From contig OZ024747.1 in the NCBI GenBank assembly GCA_964016885.1, positions 16,120,001-16,184,000 of the forward strand: DNA of 64,000 nucleotides, read 5' to 3'. The stretch's first letter is position 1. Each line of letters begins with the position of its first letter. A program made the position numbers and the translations under genes. Positions 43,368-58,319 of this stretch are shown one piece after another. Below the pieces are notes generated by a model. The model was not told the DNA's origin and ran no database searches. It saw only the letters and a program-made list of their open reading frames with translations. Source of the DNA: Eledone cirrhosa (Eukaryota).

Positions 43368-43760
43368 TGCAAAATGAGCCTCTCAGCTTCATTTATTTCC
43401 ATTCTGTTATTAATGGGAGGAATTAGCTGTTTAATCATAAAGGCTTCTTTCTTTTGAAGGATGCCTATACTGTGTTCCGTTGCCAGGTTGGTGTTGGCTA
43501 CTTACTTATCCTTGTTCTTGCATTTGAGGTTATGCTTGTAGAACGACGAAGAGTTTGTGTTAACGTGTTCTTTATTCTGACGTACAGCGATCAAATAGTA
43601 CTGCCGATGTAGAGTTGTCTGTGGTTGCAATTTTCTGAGCTGTAGACTACGTATGCACGAAACAATATTTAGTGCTGCTGATAGGCAATTATTCAGGGAA
43701 GACGTATTCTCCTTGTTTTTTGGATAGGCATCTCAAGTAACCTTAAAACTTGAATGCTTG
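43368..43760 (-). pseudogene. Degraded PLE GIY-YIG endonuclease (Nematis-like), absent from the ORF track
   Basis: Manual translation across stops and frameshifts: ..PISSTKYC..YVVY..NCNHRQLYIGSTI*SLYVRIK/EHVNTNSSSFYKH..C..KKEAFMIKQLIPPINNRME. Confidence 0.75.
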
Positions 43761-44674
43761 TCAAAACGATCCCTAGCAAATAAAAGTGGACAGTGTCAAC
43801 AAAATAAAGCAAAAGAAAACAAAAGACAAATGTGAAACACACACACAAACAAACGACCTCAACATTATATTGCGATATCGAAGTAACCTTCTACAGTTCA
43901 CTTTCATTAGAATATTCATTCTTCAATGCCAATAAAGAAATTTCATTTCTATGACGAAAAGAAGAATGAAGATAAAACTATGAAACTAAAAATTATAATG
44001 AAAACTATGTATAGAAATGTATCATATATAAAAAAAGATTAACATCAACTAAATAAAAATGATTTGAAAATCGTTCTAAGTATGTTTCTGGTGCATTTTC
44101 TGATTAATCCTATTCTTAATAACGATGTTTTATCTGGCCGATTTAATATTCCCCAAAGAAATATATACTGGCAAACCATTGCTGCTCGTTGTTGATTATG
44201 TTCCACGGTAGGTTAATAGTAATTAGATATTACCTGTTTTTATTGTTGCTATTTTGTTTTGTTTAGTTATCTATTCTTCCATAGCTGGTCTTGAAGTATT
44301 CTTTCTAAGTCTCTATTTCATTTTCTTTAAATATCGGTATTTATTTTGTAACGTTTTTTTATCGATTGATTGAATACATTTTTTTTTTTTTTCATAATTT
44401 CTATTTCTAAGAGATTAAAATTCATGGAAATGAAAGAAGTAATGAGAGTGGAAGACGGATATAGTTATATGTGCATACACATGTACGTATAAAGGCACAC
44501 ACATACTTAAAGACAAAACATATATACAGACAGAGATACAGGCACATATATGCATAGACACACATCCACATGCGTAGAAATGTATTCATTCAGATGCATA
44601 CATCTACACAGTGCACACAATGCACATGTAGAATTACTGATATATAGAAATATGCATATTCATACACAGTTACT

Positions 44675-44737
<63 letters not shown>

Positions 44738-47700
44738 TTAAATACAGAAATCTACACTCATGTTTATATGCTTAATTGCACATGAAAATCATGGAAGCAT
44801 GCACTCACACATATATACATATAAATGCACACCAACATGCATAGTAACACACGCAGAGAAATAGACACCTACTCACATATGCTTCCATGCACATAGACGA
44901 TAAACAGATATGATATATATCTAAACACATATAAACGCATACGAGCTGAAACACATGCATATGCGCATCACGCACGCAGGTGTATTCAAACATCGCTACA
45001 ACCGAATGCACATACTCTATCTGGCTTCGATGCAAAATTTTATGTGAAAAAAGGAAATGATATACATAGATAAATACAAAGATACTTACACGGTCATTCA
45101 CGTAAAAACATATTGACAAATATACATACGTAAACATACATACTCATATAAATACGTGTTTTCGTAAACAAACATCGACAAAAAAACTACATTATAGGGA
45201 AACACAAACCTGGTAAAAATCAAGCATTTATATATACTCGTACAGTCAGTCATGTATGTGTTTATCCATGTACATTTGTATGCATATGTATGCCTGCAAA
45301 CATACATATGGATGTACACCCATAGGAAGTAATACGCACTTCTCCACATGTACACATATGCATATATTTCTAGATGTCGTGGAGACGCGCGCACGAAATA
45401 TCATTATACGACACCATACGTAAATGTATACAAATATATGTACTCACGTGGTCATGTACACAAAATTAATATATATGGCACCCTACAAACCTGTTATATC
45501 AAGTCATAAACGTACTAATTCACATACAAGAAATAGATCCCAAATTCACAAACGCATATGCGTACGTAAGCACCCACATACAAATTCATATTCGTACACA
45601 CTCACATGATAAGCATAAAACATTCAAACTGACGGGTATGTAAAAGAATACAATATGCAAATGCCGGTACGTATTTACAAACACCCAATATTCACACAAA
45701 ACACACTGAAGGGATAGACTGCTCGCACATTCAAGGACACTCACAGAGAGTCAATGACAAGTAAACAACGCTTTAATGTAAATACATGCAAGGAAAATAT
45801 CAACATACATGAGCGCACACATACAATATCTATGCTTCAAAGCCAAGCAGATTCGCTGTAATGATATTTTAACACTCTGCGATTTTGAATGATATAGAAG
45901 GATTATGGATTAGAGTTATTAATCACTTTGAAATTGTTGGTGACTGTGGGAATAATATAATGTTAGCTATCCTTTGAACATTCTATCATGTTTCACACCA
46001 ACGTTCCATCTTCTTCTTCTTCTTCTTCTTCTTCTTCTTCTTCTTCTTCTTGTGTCGTAGGAGCCAACAGGTGAGTTAGCCAACCAACCAGAAAGCCAGC
46101 CTCAGAGTGAGTCAACCAGCCTGTCAAGCATTGAATTACCCAGTCGTGTGGACAAATATCTAGATGATCAACAAGTCAGCCATCCATCCAAATACTTATC
46201 CATTTATCTACGCAGACAGGCAGCCAACAATCGAACCAGCAAATATTTCGCAGTTGCCACTGACACCTGCAGAGAACTCATATAGAACAGGTAAGGGAAG
46301 CCAGATACATTACAAAAAAAAGAAAATGGCCATAATGTTGCCCGATATCCACACCGCAAATTATATGGGGAAACATATCTCCTTAGGGTTGCGTATCATA
46401 ATTGGCGCGAATTCACCAATCACCTATCTTGTACCTATCTGTCAGAAGTAAATACCCTGGCGACAGAGTTATTAATACTTGGTTGGAGTCTGCTATCCTT
46501 TTGTGCTTGGTACCAAGCAAATGAAAACCACCTGCTCTAACCATCTATAGAACACCGAGAAGAGGGAAATTGGATGGTGTGCTTTCCAGATATTTTATTG
46601 AAAAATGGATGAATGGCAAACATAATTGAGTGAAAGAGCATGTTGTTACAATACACCTGAAGCTTAGAGGAAAGCAATTAGGAGGGTGAGATTACACTAG
46701 TGGTTAGGGTGTTCATGGATTTTCTGTTTTGTGTTGTTTTTCACACCAAAACAGTGGCCCGTCGTCGTAACAGAAAATATAACTCAAGTTCCTTCACCTG
46801 TAGCAAAAAAAAAACATCTGATAACCGGATCAAAATAAGAGTAATTTCTCAAATCGTTCTTACTCCTTATTTTCTATCAAAAGGCATGACAAGATTTTGT
46901 CATTCATACACGACAAACTTGGAACTTTAATACTTCATACTAAAATTTCATGTTTCCATTAAACAACAACAAAATCAAATATTAATTTTGTTTTGCACTT
47001 TTTCCGTGTACACCAAGACATTACAAGTAAAGTAATGGCCGTAGAGAATGTCGAGTGAAACAACAATAGAGATTTATTAGTAGGAAGAAAAGAGATAAGA
47101 AGTGATTTAAACAGACAGAAAATGGTATACGGGAAAAAAGAACGAGAAAGAAAAATGGATATGCATTAGAGACACAGAGGGGGTGAAATGCGGTACTAGA
47201 GGAAAACAGAAATTTGGTGAGGGAATGTGAGACAGACAACACATAAAAGAGACCAGAGAAAAGAGGGAAGATGAAGTAGATGAAAATGTATTGATAAATT
47301 ATTAGAATCAGAATGCTATAATATTACAAGGGTGCGAGAAACAAATGAATTGGTGTGAGAGATAATAAGAGAGAAATTGTTTAAATACAACAAGGCTGGT
47401 TTGGAAATGAAATGTGTTTTCCTCTTTGATGTGTTTATATATTTATTGCTTTGTTAAATACTTCTTGGGTAATTTGAAATATTACCAAGTAATAGTTTTT
47501 TATGATAATACCATTATGAAAATGTTTCTAGTGCTATTTTATTTTATTTTGCCTTTTTTATGAATTTTCTTTTATTTTCGATTTTTAACAGGAGCAGAAC
47601 GTACAAACAAAAAAATACTTAGGTCGATCGCTTTATTAAATACTTGAAAGTTCATTGGACATTTTGCCAAGTAACAGTATTTAGATTTTATTTTATATTT

Positions 47701-48011
47701 GTTATTTGTATGCTGTTTAAAAAAAACAGTTTATAGGTTTGTGTATGTTTTTTTGTTGTTTTTCTTATCGTTGGTAATGTTAATGATTTGGGTGAGGTAT
47801 AGCTGGAATACTTAAATGGACTGCTTGCTGATTGTACGTTTTGTATTGGAGATACATGCTTCCACTGTAAAATATATGTGAAGAACAACTACTGGTTTAG
47901 CTCAACCGTCATCAGATAGAATATTTATAAGCTACTTTCTCTCTGTCTCTCGGTTTAACTCTCCCTCCCCACACTCTCTATGGTATATTTAATATATATA
48001 TATTTATTTAA

Positions 48012-48205
48012 TATAGAAATGGCTTCTACAGGACTAGAAAAACTAGAAAGGTTTCATTCGAAGGAAATCATCAGGAAAGCACTTTCCTGGTGACTTCCTT
48101 CGAATGAAACAGTTCTAGTCCTGCAGAAGCCATTTCTATACTAAATATTTATACTCTGAAATGTGTTGAGTACCTTACTGTGGTTACTCCCGCTTGAACC
48201 CGACA
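48012..48205 (+). mobile_element. Family H fold-back element (palindrome 48012-48140 plus tail) with an HHR in each arm
   Basis: Two-arm consensus tttc-CTGATGA-tttccttcgaat-GAA-acag..ctgt-A-gaag; each arm carries different mutations. Confidence 0.75.
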
Positions 48206-48462
48206 CACACACACATATATATATGTATATATATATATATATATATATAAATATTTCATTTATTTTGTTTGACCTGTTTAGCTTGCCTCACCTTTTTTGG
48301 CTTAGGTGATTCATGGCTTCTTAACCGCCATCTCAGTTTGTTTGGCCTTTATAACCTATGTTTATTGATCTGGTCTCTATTTGGTCCATGGAGCGCTTGC
48401 CAGCATAACTCGGATATTGCCTTTCGCTTGCTCCCGGTCCTGCTAAAATACGAATCTCGCTG

Positions 48463-48494
<32 letters not shown>

Positions 48495-48497
<3 letters not shown>

Positions 48498-48683
48498 CGA
48501 AGGAAATGTGGTAAGGAACCAGGTGGACCATAACGCACCAAAGTACTCAATACTTGAGGTAGTAGAGTGGGTAATAGGAACCAGTAAGACCGCGACAGCT
48601 GAGCTCAAGCCGTTTCGACGGCTAATTCTGAATGAATTAGCCGTCGAAACGGCTTGAGCTCAGCTGTCGGGGTCTTACTGGTT

Positions 48684-48729
<46 letters not shown>

Positions 48730-48876
48730 AACCAGTAAGACCCCGACGGCTGAGCTCAAGCCGTTATCTCAGCCGTCGGGGTCTTACTGGTTCCTATTAC
48801 CCACTCTACTACCCTAAGTATTGAGTACTTTGGTGCGTTATGGTCCACCTGGTTCCTTACCATATTTCCTTCGTTA
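48495..48876. mobile_element. Two head-to-head family C fold-back elements (48495-48687, 48726-48876) separated by (TA)n
   Basis: Each has a palindrome ending ttccta and an outward-facing tail. Confidence 0.85.
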
Positions 48877-49879
48877 TATATATATATATATATATATGAT
48901 GGTCATTCACAGTTTCTCTATATCAAATTCCACTCACAAAGCATTAATCCAAACAGGACTGAGTGTAGAACTTTCCATCAGGATCCACGCAGCAAGACTG
49001 AATCTTGAAAGTCATGGCTGCAAAATTTTACCTATAAACTCATACAGTATACACATTTCTAGCACACACCTACATTTCTGGAAACTGTTTGCAAGCCGAA
49101 ATAATTCTAGAAACAATGCTTTCCGGAAATAAATAAATGACAAACTAATTTTACGTATATGATTATATACGCATTCGTGACAGTGATGTTATGTGTCCTG
49201 AGTTGTCAATATTCGTTAGAAACTAAACTTCAGTGAATTTTAATCTATATTTGTCTATAGAATAAGATCTTCAGAGACAGAGAGCGTTAACAAATCCAAT
49301 TTTAGTCATAGTGGGCGTTATCAATATAAATATTTCACAGCATACGTCAAGAATGCATATAAAAATAGTAATCCATTAGAGATCAAACATCTACTTTAAA
49401 TAACACTCCAGTGGTTACTGCTTTAAGATGCTTTCCTGTTGTATTTCTATAAATATTTATTCCAATAGCGTTGAATACAGCAAAAATTATGTTTTTCTTA
49501 CACACTAATAGTTATTCCAACTTTTCGCAGATTATAATATTGATTGGAAGAGGCCACGCACACCTTGATCTGAATCATAAATCTTGCATAAATGCACCTT
49601 ACGAATTTCCCTGAAACTCAAGTATTTAGATGTGGACAATGGAAGATATGAGGTTTAATCTTTTCGCCCAGTATTCTGGTCGAATATATAACGGTTGAAA
49701 TATCCATGATCTTCTAGCCCTGCAAGAATTTGATAATTACTTTTTCGTCTTCAAGATTTCAAATCTCACATAGGTCAATTCTGCCTTTTAACTTTCCGAT
49801 TTAGAAACCATTAATAGTATTATGAATTTGATATCTCAGGCATTGATCCTATTTAACAGAAACATTGCCCAAATGAGCA

Positions 49880-50083
49880 CTCAGGACGTATTGGAGTGTC
49901 CGTGTTGTTCCAAGTAGGCATGTCTTTTGAAGTGTTCCAAAAATGGTGGCTGGGATTATGGTATTCAGTCAGCCTTAAAAACTCTTCGAGACATTGGATT
50001 CTGCTTATATGATGATGGGGTCGACTTTGATATCATCACAGTCCCATATACTTTTCAGTTCCTACTTTAGTTCCTGGTATCGG
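49880..50083 (-). mobile_element. Old R4/Dong-like 3' fragment
   Basis: tcaggac...gcatgtcttttgaagtgttcc...cctggtatcg aligns by eye to 32024-32225. Confidence 0.7.
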
Positions 50084-50159
50084 TAGCAGCAACAACAGCA
50101 GTAGTGGTGGTGGTGGTAGTAGTAGTAGTAGTAGTTGTAGCAGCAGCAGCAGCAGCAAC

Positions 50160-50224
<65 letters not shown>

Positions 50225-51500
50225 CAGTAGTAGTAGTAATGATTCATATTTATGGAATGAGTTTCTCAACCTCATTGCGATTTTCGAATGTCTCATTATT
50301 ACATGTCGTAGTTATGTAAATACCTTTCTTTAAATTGTTTTAGCATAGCATGAAATAGATATATATATCTCAGCTAAGACTTTAACATTTTCACAATTAT
50401 TGTTTTCGTTTTTCCTTTCTCCTGAGAAGAATCTGAAATGTCTGTATGATTCTCTTTTCTATTTGTTTGCTTATTTGAAAACAGAAAATCCGTATTATGC
50501 TATTGTTCCGGTTTTGCAGCTATTTTATTACTTCCAATTGTTATATAGGAAATATTTTAATATTCCTACAGTCACTATTTTATAATAATTTTCTAGTTGC
50601 ATATGGTCTATACAATCATGTGTTCGTGATAAATATAATGTATGCAATGACTATTGTCTCGTCTTGTGACTGGGGATAGCTACTTTCTCCAATGTCCAGT
50701 TGAGAATATAACTATATCTTTTTATATGAACAGCCAGAAAATTCAGGAATGTTATCCTGTATCCTCTTTTTAAAGTATTAAAGTGATTCCTCGGGGATAT
50801 TACATCTTTCCTTTGTGCCTGTTAAGTATATTTTCTTTATTCGTATGTTTTTGGGGATTATGATTTTAGTGAAAATTTCATACATCTGTCTCTTTAGCTA
50901 CTATAATATTGTTGAGCATAATATACGTTTTTGATTAATTTCTCTCGCTTCATGGGCATCTTATCTAAGTTTCTAAAGCTAACCTCATATTAATATATTT
51001 AGTAAATCTACGTACTGTCTGCGTCATGATGCCTATTTGCAGATTACACATTAAAGTCGACATTGTACTCAATACACAGAATCTGCTTATATGTATATAT
51101 TTTCAAGGAACACATTAAGCAAACGTTGACAAAAAACAACAAAAAAACGGGCCATCTAAGCATCGGTAGACTTTGAGTGATCAGTGTAGATACTCGTGAA
51201 AATTATTGATTGATCAACCAGACCAAAGAAGAAAAACGAGCGGCGATACATAAAGACTTTAGTGTTGGAAATATTTATTGCAAAGAAAAAGGCTAAAGCT
51301 AAATAACAGAACGTGGCTATTTCTTTATATATAACATTGGTCAATTTGCTCTGTTTTACTTAGAGGGTTCTCTCACAAAGTTATATCTTGCTTTAAAATC
51401 TAATTTCTCTTTTCCTTACGTTTGCTTTGTGTGAATTTAATAGGTTTTGGTAGAGATGTCTAAGATAGCGTATTATATAATTTAATGATACGTTTTTGGT

Positions 51501-51700
51501 NNNNNNNNNNNNNNNNNNNNNNNNNNNNNNNNNNNNNNNNNNNNNNNNNNNNNNNNNNNNNNNNNNNNNNNNNNNNNNNNNNNNNNNNNNNNNNNNNNNN
51601 NNNNNNNNNNNNNNNNNNNNNNNNNNNNNNNNNNNNNNNNNNNNNNNNNNNNNNNNNNNNNNNNNNNNNNNNNNNNNNNNNNNNNNNNNNNNNNNNNNNN
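51501..51700. other. Assembly gap (200 N)
   Basis: Direct observation. Confidence 1.
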
Positions 51701-51868
51701 TTGCAGGTGGTGTCACTCATATATGCCTTCCCTATACACTGGCGGATTATATATCTATATTTATATATATTTCTCTTTCTCTCTATCTCTCAGTACAGGC
51801 ACACACACACACACATATACACACACGCACATACACACATACACACATACCCCCCACCCCCATCCCTC

Positions 51869-51918
<50 letters not shown>

Positions 51919-54900
51919 GAAGAGGTTAAGCAAATATATCCATGAATATCATCATGTTAACAACATTTACCGACTACGTATACTTGTTTTTGCTTCGATA
52001 ATGGTCAAATTAGTAATTCCATATTGTTATTTCCTTACACCAATATGAATATATTCTTTGGCTTTTCCGTAAATGTGTCTCTAATATTTAATCTGGGGAC
52101 TACTCCGGATTTCTGTCTATATATTGCCATACTAAATTTGATAGCTTTTGTTTTTCCTCAAGAGATTGTGCAGACAATTTGATGTATTGTCTCTAAATTT
52201 ACATCGATAGAGCAATTGATTTGATGTGAAATTTTAATATTAATTCTGATTAATTTTTTCCTGATATTTTATGTTGCGTGATAGCCCTTGTCGAGACAAC
52301 ATAATAATAAATGACCGGGTTAAATGTCGGGACCGCATAAGGAAGGTGTATTCTAACTGTTCTGGCATGATAGCAAAGTTGTACAAGAGGTGGCGGCATA
52401 TTGGAAAACATAGAGTACAGAGAGTGTGAAAGACATGAATGATGGTGTGGGTGACAAAACAGTATTAACGGACATATGTGGTAGAACAAAGAATGAGAGC
52501 CAGAGAGAGAGAGAGGAGCGCGCGCGAGAAAGAGAGAAAGAGAGAGAGAGAAGAGAGAGAGAGAGATGAGAGAAACGGGGTAGAGTCCTCCGCAGTAACA
52601 AAGAATTAGTTTAGGTATGTTCATTGGCAACATAGACCCTCCCAAAGTATAACAATATGTTCATAACGTTTTAATTCTATGTTCATATTGATTAATTATA
52701 CAAGAATAGAACGAAGTGTATCAGTATCGATCCTTTTTATCATCTTAGCTTGCAGGAGCAATTCGTTTTAGAATGACGATAACAATAGAGTTTGCCTCAG
52801 AGCAAGGCCAGATTTTAAAAAAGATGACAGTGATACTATTCGCTAACGCTATGGTACTTGCCAATTCGGGATTTAAGTTATCTCTATTTCGTAAAATCGG
52901 TAAATCTTTCATGTTATAATATTGGTTCTTCCACAGTTCTTTTTCTTTGAGATTGTGGAGATATCTTCCTATCTTATTATCAGTGGAATATTTACAAATA
53001 GTAACTTTTCAATGGAATTTTCATAGAATTTTCAATGTGTGTTCGATAACTGTAAATTATTGATCTTGAATTCTAGGTCCATAAGTTTAAGATTACAGCA
53101 TTAGACTTGATGCATTGGGTTCGAGTTTTTAGGCAGGCGTTTTATGTCATCCATTATGAAAGTATCTTACATGTATTGTTTCTTTTTTTATTTCCTCATA
53201 TATTTTCTTATCTTTTTGTTCTTGTATATCCTTCATCGTGTTTTCGTTTAATCCTTCCCGTATTTTCGTTTAATACTTCCCGTTTTAGATGATTTGTTTT
53301 CTTTATATTGTTCCGTGATGAAATGTCTTTCCCTAAAAAAATAAATAATATCGCAATTTCTGCATAAAATGTATCGCCATCTGTACTCCTCTACACTACG
53401 TCTAGCCAAAAATACTAAAACCTAGAGATGGCCAGATTCAAATACCTCTATTTGTAGAAACAACATCATATTAAATCAAATCACATCTCTAAAAGGTTTC
53501 TTTGCCTATCTTTAATTTTGTTTCAAAGGAGGTGCTTCTATATTTCCGAACACACGAAATTTACAAACTTAATTGTGACACATTGCCAGTGGAGAGAAAA
53601 GACAAACAAGGAGAAATTCATACTGAATTACTACTACCCCACGCATTCTACATTGCTCCACAACATTTGCTGTGTCATTCAATCTGACGTCAACATAATT
53701 TCATCTCATGTGACGAAGCAGTATGTCTGAATTTACAGCACCGATCCAGCCAAACTTGGAAATGCTAGAGAAACGAACAGTTTCTTGAGTTTAGTTTTAA
53801 CTATTTAACTATTACCAACCCAGCCTGAAAAGTTTGTGTTTTCATTGAACTATTGGCTAGATCAAATGTTTCTAACATTATTACAGACAGATGTAATTAC
53901 GATCAAGCTATTTCATACCTTAATAAGACATATGTAACAGAAAAATGATTCTGTAGGCACTCAATTCAATACAGACACACCCACACACATAGACCCCCCC
54001 CCCACACACCCACAATCATAAACATATATAAATATATGCATTAGACTTAACTTTATATTACCCTTCTCTTGTCATCAATTCAATATAGTGGACAAGTTAA
54101 TATTTTATATGCTTGGATTTAGTTTACACATCCAGACAATTTATTTTTCTCTCATTCTGCCAGACTCCAGTCCGGTATAATTTCCTCTGATTTTGTTCTC
54201 TAAGTCTCCATCCATATGTTTCTGATTCTTTATTTTTCTTTTTCTATGTTTATTATATATCTATATAATATAAATATAGATTTGATTTACTGAAATAACA
54301 TGACCAATTATTATTTTCACTGATCAAACTCAAATATCTGCCATGAAATCTCACTTTACTCATCATGTTTATTCAGCAACTACATTCTTTTCACAAACAA
54401 ATAAATAAGACAATAGAAAGAAAGAATGAAAATGACTGGAGATAGATGTGAACAAAATAAAAAAAAAAACACGTAATTCAATAAGATGAGAAATGTACAA
54501 CTGAATGAAAAAGCAATAAACAAGAAGAAGCTAAACCAATAACAGTATAGTAAAGACGAAAAAAGTAAACAATAGAATGTCTGAAAGTTGTTGAACTTAT
54601 CAGGTTCAAGATATTTCGAATTTCTGTGACTGTTTCATTGTTAACATCTGTGATGTTTTCCAATGGAAATGAAGGCACAATGAAAGCTTAAGACGACTGA
54701 GTACTCAGCAACAATTCTTATATATAGATAATTATGATTTTAGCAGCAACAATTCTTACATATATAGAATTATGATTTTAGTGAACATTTCAAATTGTTC
54801 AAAAAAGGTATTATCTTTAATTTACACTTGGGAACGATTCGATTTCATTGTGGTAAATGAATCTGACTCTCCAAGTATTCTTACTCTTTCTACGACATTG

Positions 54901-56295
54901 TGAAATAGGCTCCGTCGTGTTCCTCGCATACCTTGGAAATTGTGATTGCGAAATAACTGTAAGGGTGGTATATTTCAGTAACAATTTCGCTTGTAAAATG
55001 TATATTTAAGTAAAGCATAGTAGTTTGACATTTATCTTATCATGACAGGAAACATGAAGTAACCCATGTGTAAACGCATTTCTTTTTTCTTTTCTTTTTT
55101 GTGAATTGCGTTGTATTTCCTTGTCTATAATTTGCGATGGTGGCATTGCCGAACTGTTAATGAGTTTGCTTGTAATCCCTAGATTCCGGCTTTTATCCAC
55201 TGTGTGGCATCTTTGAGAAGTGTTATTTACCTAATTCTGCTTCCCTCTGGTCGTCCCATACCAGATTGGGGAAATTGGCTTGACAGGAACCGTTTGGAAG
55301 TCGGTCGGTTGAATTGTAATTTTAACGGATGTCTGTTGTATTCGAATTCTTTGGTGAAATATGAACTCAGAAAATAAAACGACAAATTAATCACCTCAGG
55401 ACGCCTGAACCAAGCCTCTAATAATTCTTTGAATTATCTGGTAGTGTATTCTCTCGAACAGGAAATGAGGAAATCTGATCTTTGAACAGAGAAAACCGGA
55501 ATAAATAACACGAAATATTGTGTCTGACGACCAAAAGTCTCTGCCATTTGGAATTGCTATGGTTGTTTCATAGGACAATTACACATTTATTAAGGAAACG
55601 TACATGACACATAGATCATACATCGTATAATTTGACTTATTAATTATCTTTTTTTGCTCTACTTAATAATCATTTGTCATCTGGATATCATCACAGAAAA
55701 ACCTCATTTTCGAGGAAATATATTTTCCTAAATCAACAAATACAAATAACATTTGTTTATTTAGTTATGTATAAGGAGGTTGAATGAAGTGGTAACTTGT
55801 CCTCCGTTGTTGTCGGAAAAATGAAAAAAAAAATGATATATATAAGTTATAGACTAAAATTATATGTTTGTCATGGCATATTTGATCATACTTCAGCATT
55901 CTATTTCTCGATGTATTCAATAGGCTGACAACCACTTAACATTTATAACATACATGAGACAGATGTGCCAATACGCATGAACAATATTGTTGATATAAGG
56001 GTATGACGTGACAGAAACTGTATTATTAAATATGAGGAAATAATATTAAATCTTGAAAATTTCAGTGGCAGGTGTACTGTTTGATAAAAATGAGAATTCT
56101 CGTAACTCATGTAACTCGAGATAAATATTTTTCACAGCGAAACATTTTTATTGCATTCATATTCAATAAACAAAGTTAATGTTTCAGGATTCTGATAAAT
56201 GTTGCAGAAAAATAAAATATATGTATTAATGTATTGATAATACTAAATATTATAATGTATTCGTAATCCTAATCTTAAGATATTAACGCTATATC

Positions 56296-56359
<64 letters not shown>

Positions 56360-56560
56360 ATATATATATAAGCAAAGTATATATATATATTGGAGTTCTA
56401 TTTCTTTCGTTTGTAATTTTACTTTTTAAAAATATTTCGTTTTAACTTCTTTTCGTTCGTTGTTCTGTCATCTCTTTGTTAATTTTCACAGGTATATACA
56501 CACGCACACACACGCACGCACACACACGCATACACACACATATATATACATATATATATA

Positions 56561-56612
56561 TTGAGTAACTTTTCAACTGTGGCTACTCCCCGACACAACT
56601 CGAGGATCTAAA
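56561..56612 (+). mobile_element. Tail fragment related to family H
   Basis: ttgagta..actgtggctactccc resembles 48166-48192. Confidence 0.5.
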
Positions 56613-56747
56613 TATACACACAAACACATATGCACAGGGACAGAGAGACACACACACATACACACGCACACACACATATATACACACACACACACACACG
56701 CGCACACACACACACTCACACACACATGCATATATATATATATATAT

Positions 56748-57476
56748 AAGGATTAGAATACTGGAGCGTGTTTGAGTCAAACACCCTCTTCGTATTATAG
56801 AAATGACAGTAAAAGGTATAGCTCAATGCAGTTAAACAGAGCCAAAAAATTAAGAGAGTAAAACAAAGAATCCTTTAATACATCAAAAGTTTTTATTATC
56901 CGACAATGTTTCGTCCTATTAAGGACTCATCAGGGCAATCAAAACAACAAGAGGTAATATCGGCAGATACAAGCCAGAAACTCTGAAGAATATGGAGTGT
57001 ACATACACTAATGTCTTACAAAGATATACGATAATAAAAATGAAAATAAAGATAAACATAATAAAAATATATAATAACTAAGGATGTGAATAACATTAAG
57101 AACCATATTACAAATATAGTCCAAAGCCACCAACCTAAATCTAAACAAATTTGGTTATATAGAGCTCTATATAACCAAATTTGTTTAGATTTAGGTTGGT
57201 GGCTTTGGACTATATTTGTAATATGGTTCTTAATGTTATCTACATCCTTAGTTATTATATATTTTTATTATTTTTATCTTTATTTTCATTTTTATTATCG
57301 TATATCTTTGTAAGACATTAGTGTATGTACACTCCATATTCTTCAGAGTTTCTGGCTTGTATCTGCCGATATTACCTCTTGTTATTTTGATTGCCCTGAT
57401 GAGTTTCTTAATAGGACGAAACATTGTCGGCTAATAAAAACTTTGGATGTATTAAAGGATTCTTTGTTTTACTCTC

Positions 57477-57481
<5 letters not shown>
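56748..57481 (-). mobile_element. Family B fold-back element: tail 56748-56848 plus ~630-bp spacerless palindrome
   Basis: Centre tatagagctctata at 57164/65; (TA)n on both sides. Confidence 0.9.
56899..56937 (-). ncRNA. Minimal canonical hammerhead (mirror copy 57393-57431 on +)
   Basis: gcc-CTGATGA-gtcct-taat-aggac-GAAA-cattg-TC-gg(c); GUC site. Confidence 0.85.
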
Positions 57482-57564
<83 letters not shown>

Positions 57565-57992
57565 ATATGATAAATGTATACAAGAACACTTATCTCTATT
57601 TCAGTAGAAAATAACAATTCTCATTGTTTTTTTATCGTGAGTTAGCAACTAATCCAACCTCCAAAATGCTCGAAACCGACATTTATCAGGAGAAGCAGAG
57701 GGTGGGTGGCCCTCTCCCGGTGTAATCCCTCCTCCGCAATTTTATTTTTATTTTTAGCGTGTTGTCAACAAATATCATCTTTAGTCCAATCGGATATGAG
57801 TAGCTTTGTAGAAAAAGGAGGGCAAATCTACACCCATATTATTTGGCTTCGGTATTTTTCTTGTGAGGTAAAATACTCCGATCTTCATGATGCGCTCAAT
57901 AGACTTGTTCTTTACAGAAAACAGAAACACTAACCGTTACCCTAATCCTAAACTTAAAGTTTGTCCTACTGAATTCTAAGGAGGTGTTTTTC

Positions 57993-58148
<156 letters not shown>

Positions 58149-58189
58149 AAGAACACAAGAGCGTCTACAACATCAAAATATTTTTATTG

Positions 58190-58234
58190 GCTTACAATGT
58201 TTCTTCCTTACGTAACCGTAGGATTCGTCAGAGC
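58190..58234 (-). ncRNA. Minimal hammerhead related to family B
   Basis: gct-CTGACGA-atcctacg-gtta-cgtaaggaa-GAAA-cattg-TA-agc. Confidence 0.75.
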
Positions 58235-58319
58235 TATAAAAGGGGTTTGATTGGTGTTATGGACTCTACCAACCAAACATTCAAGAACAAAGAGTAAAGA
58301 GAGTAAAGAGCAAAAGTAG

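Noticed and set aside
52270-52860. Helitron helicase-like peptide hints (..YVVSTRA; MTI..QGQ)
   Set aside because: On opposite strands and too degenerate to call without a search
54830-55270. Possible old L1/Tx1 remnant on the minus strand
   Set aside because: Only vague motif resemblance
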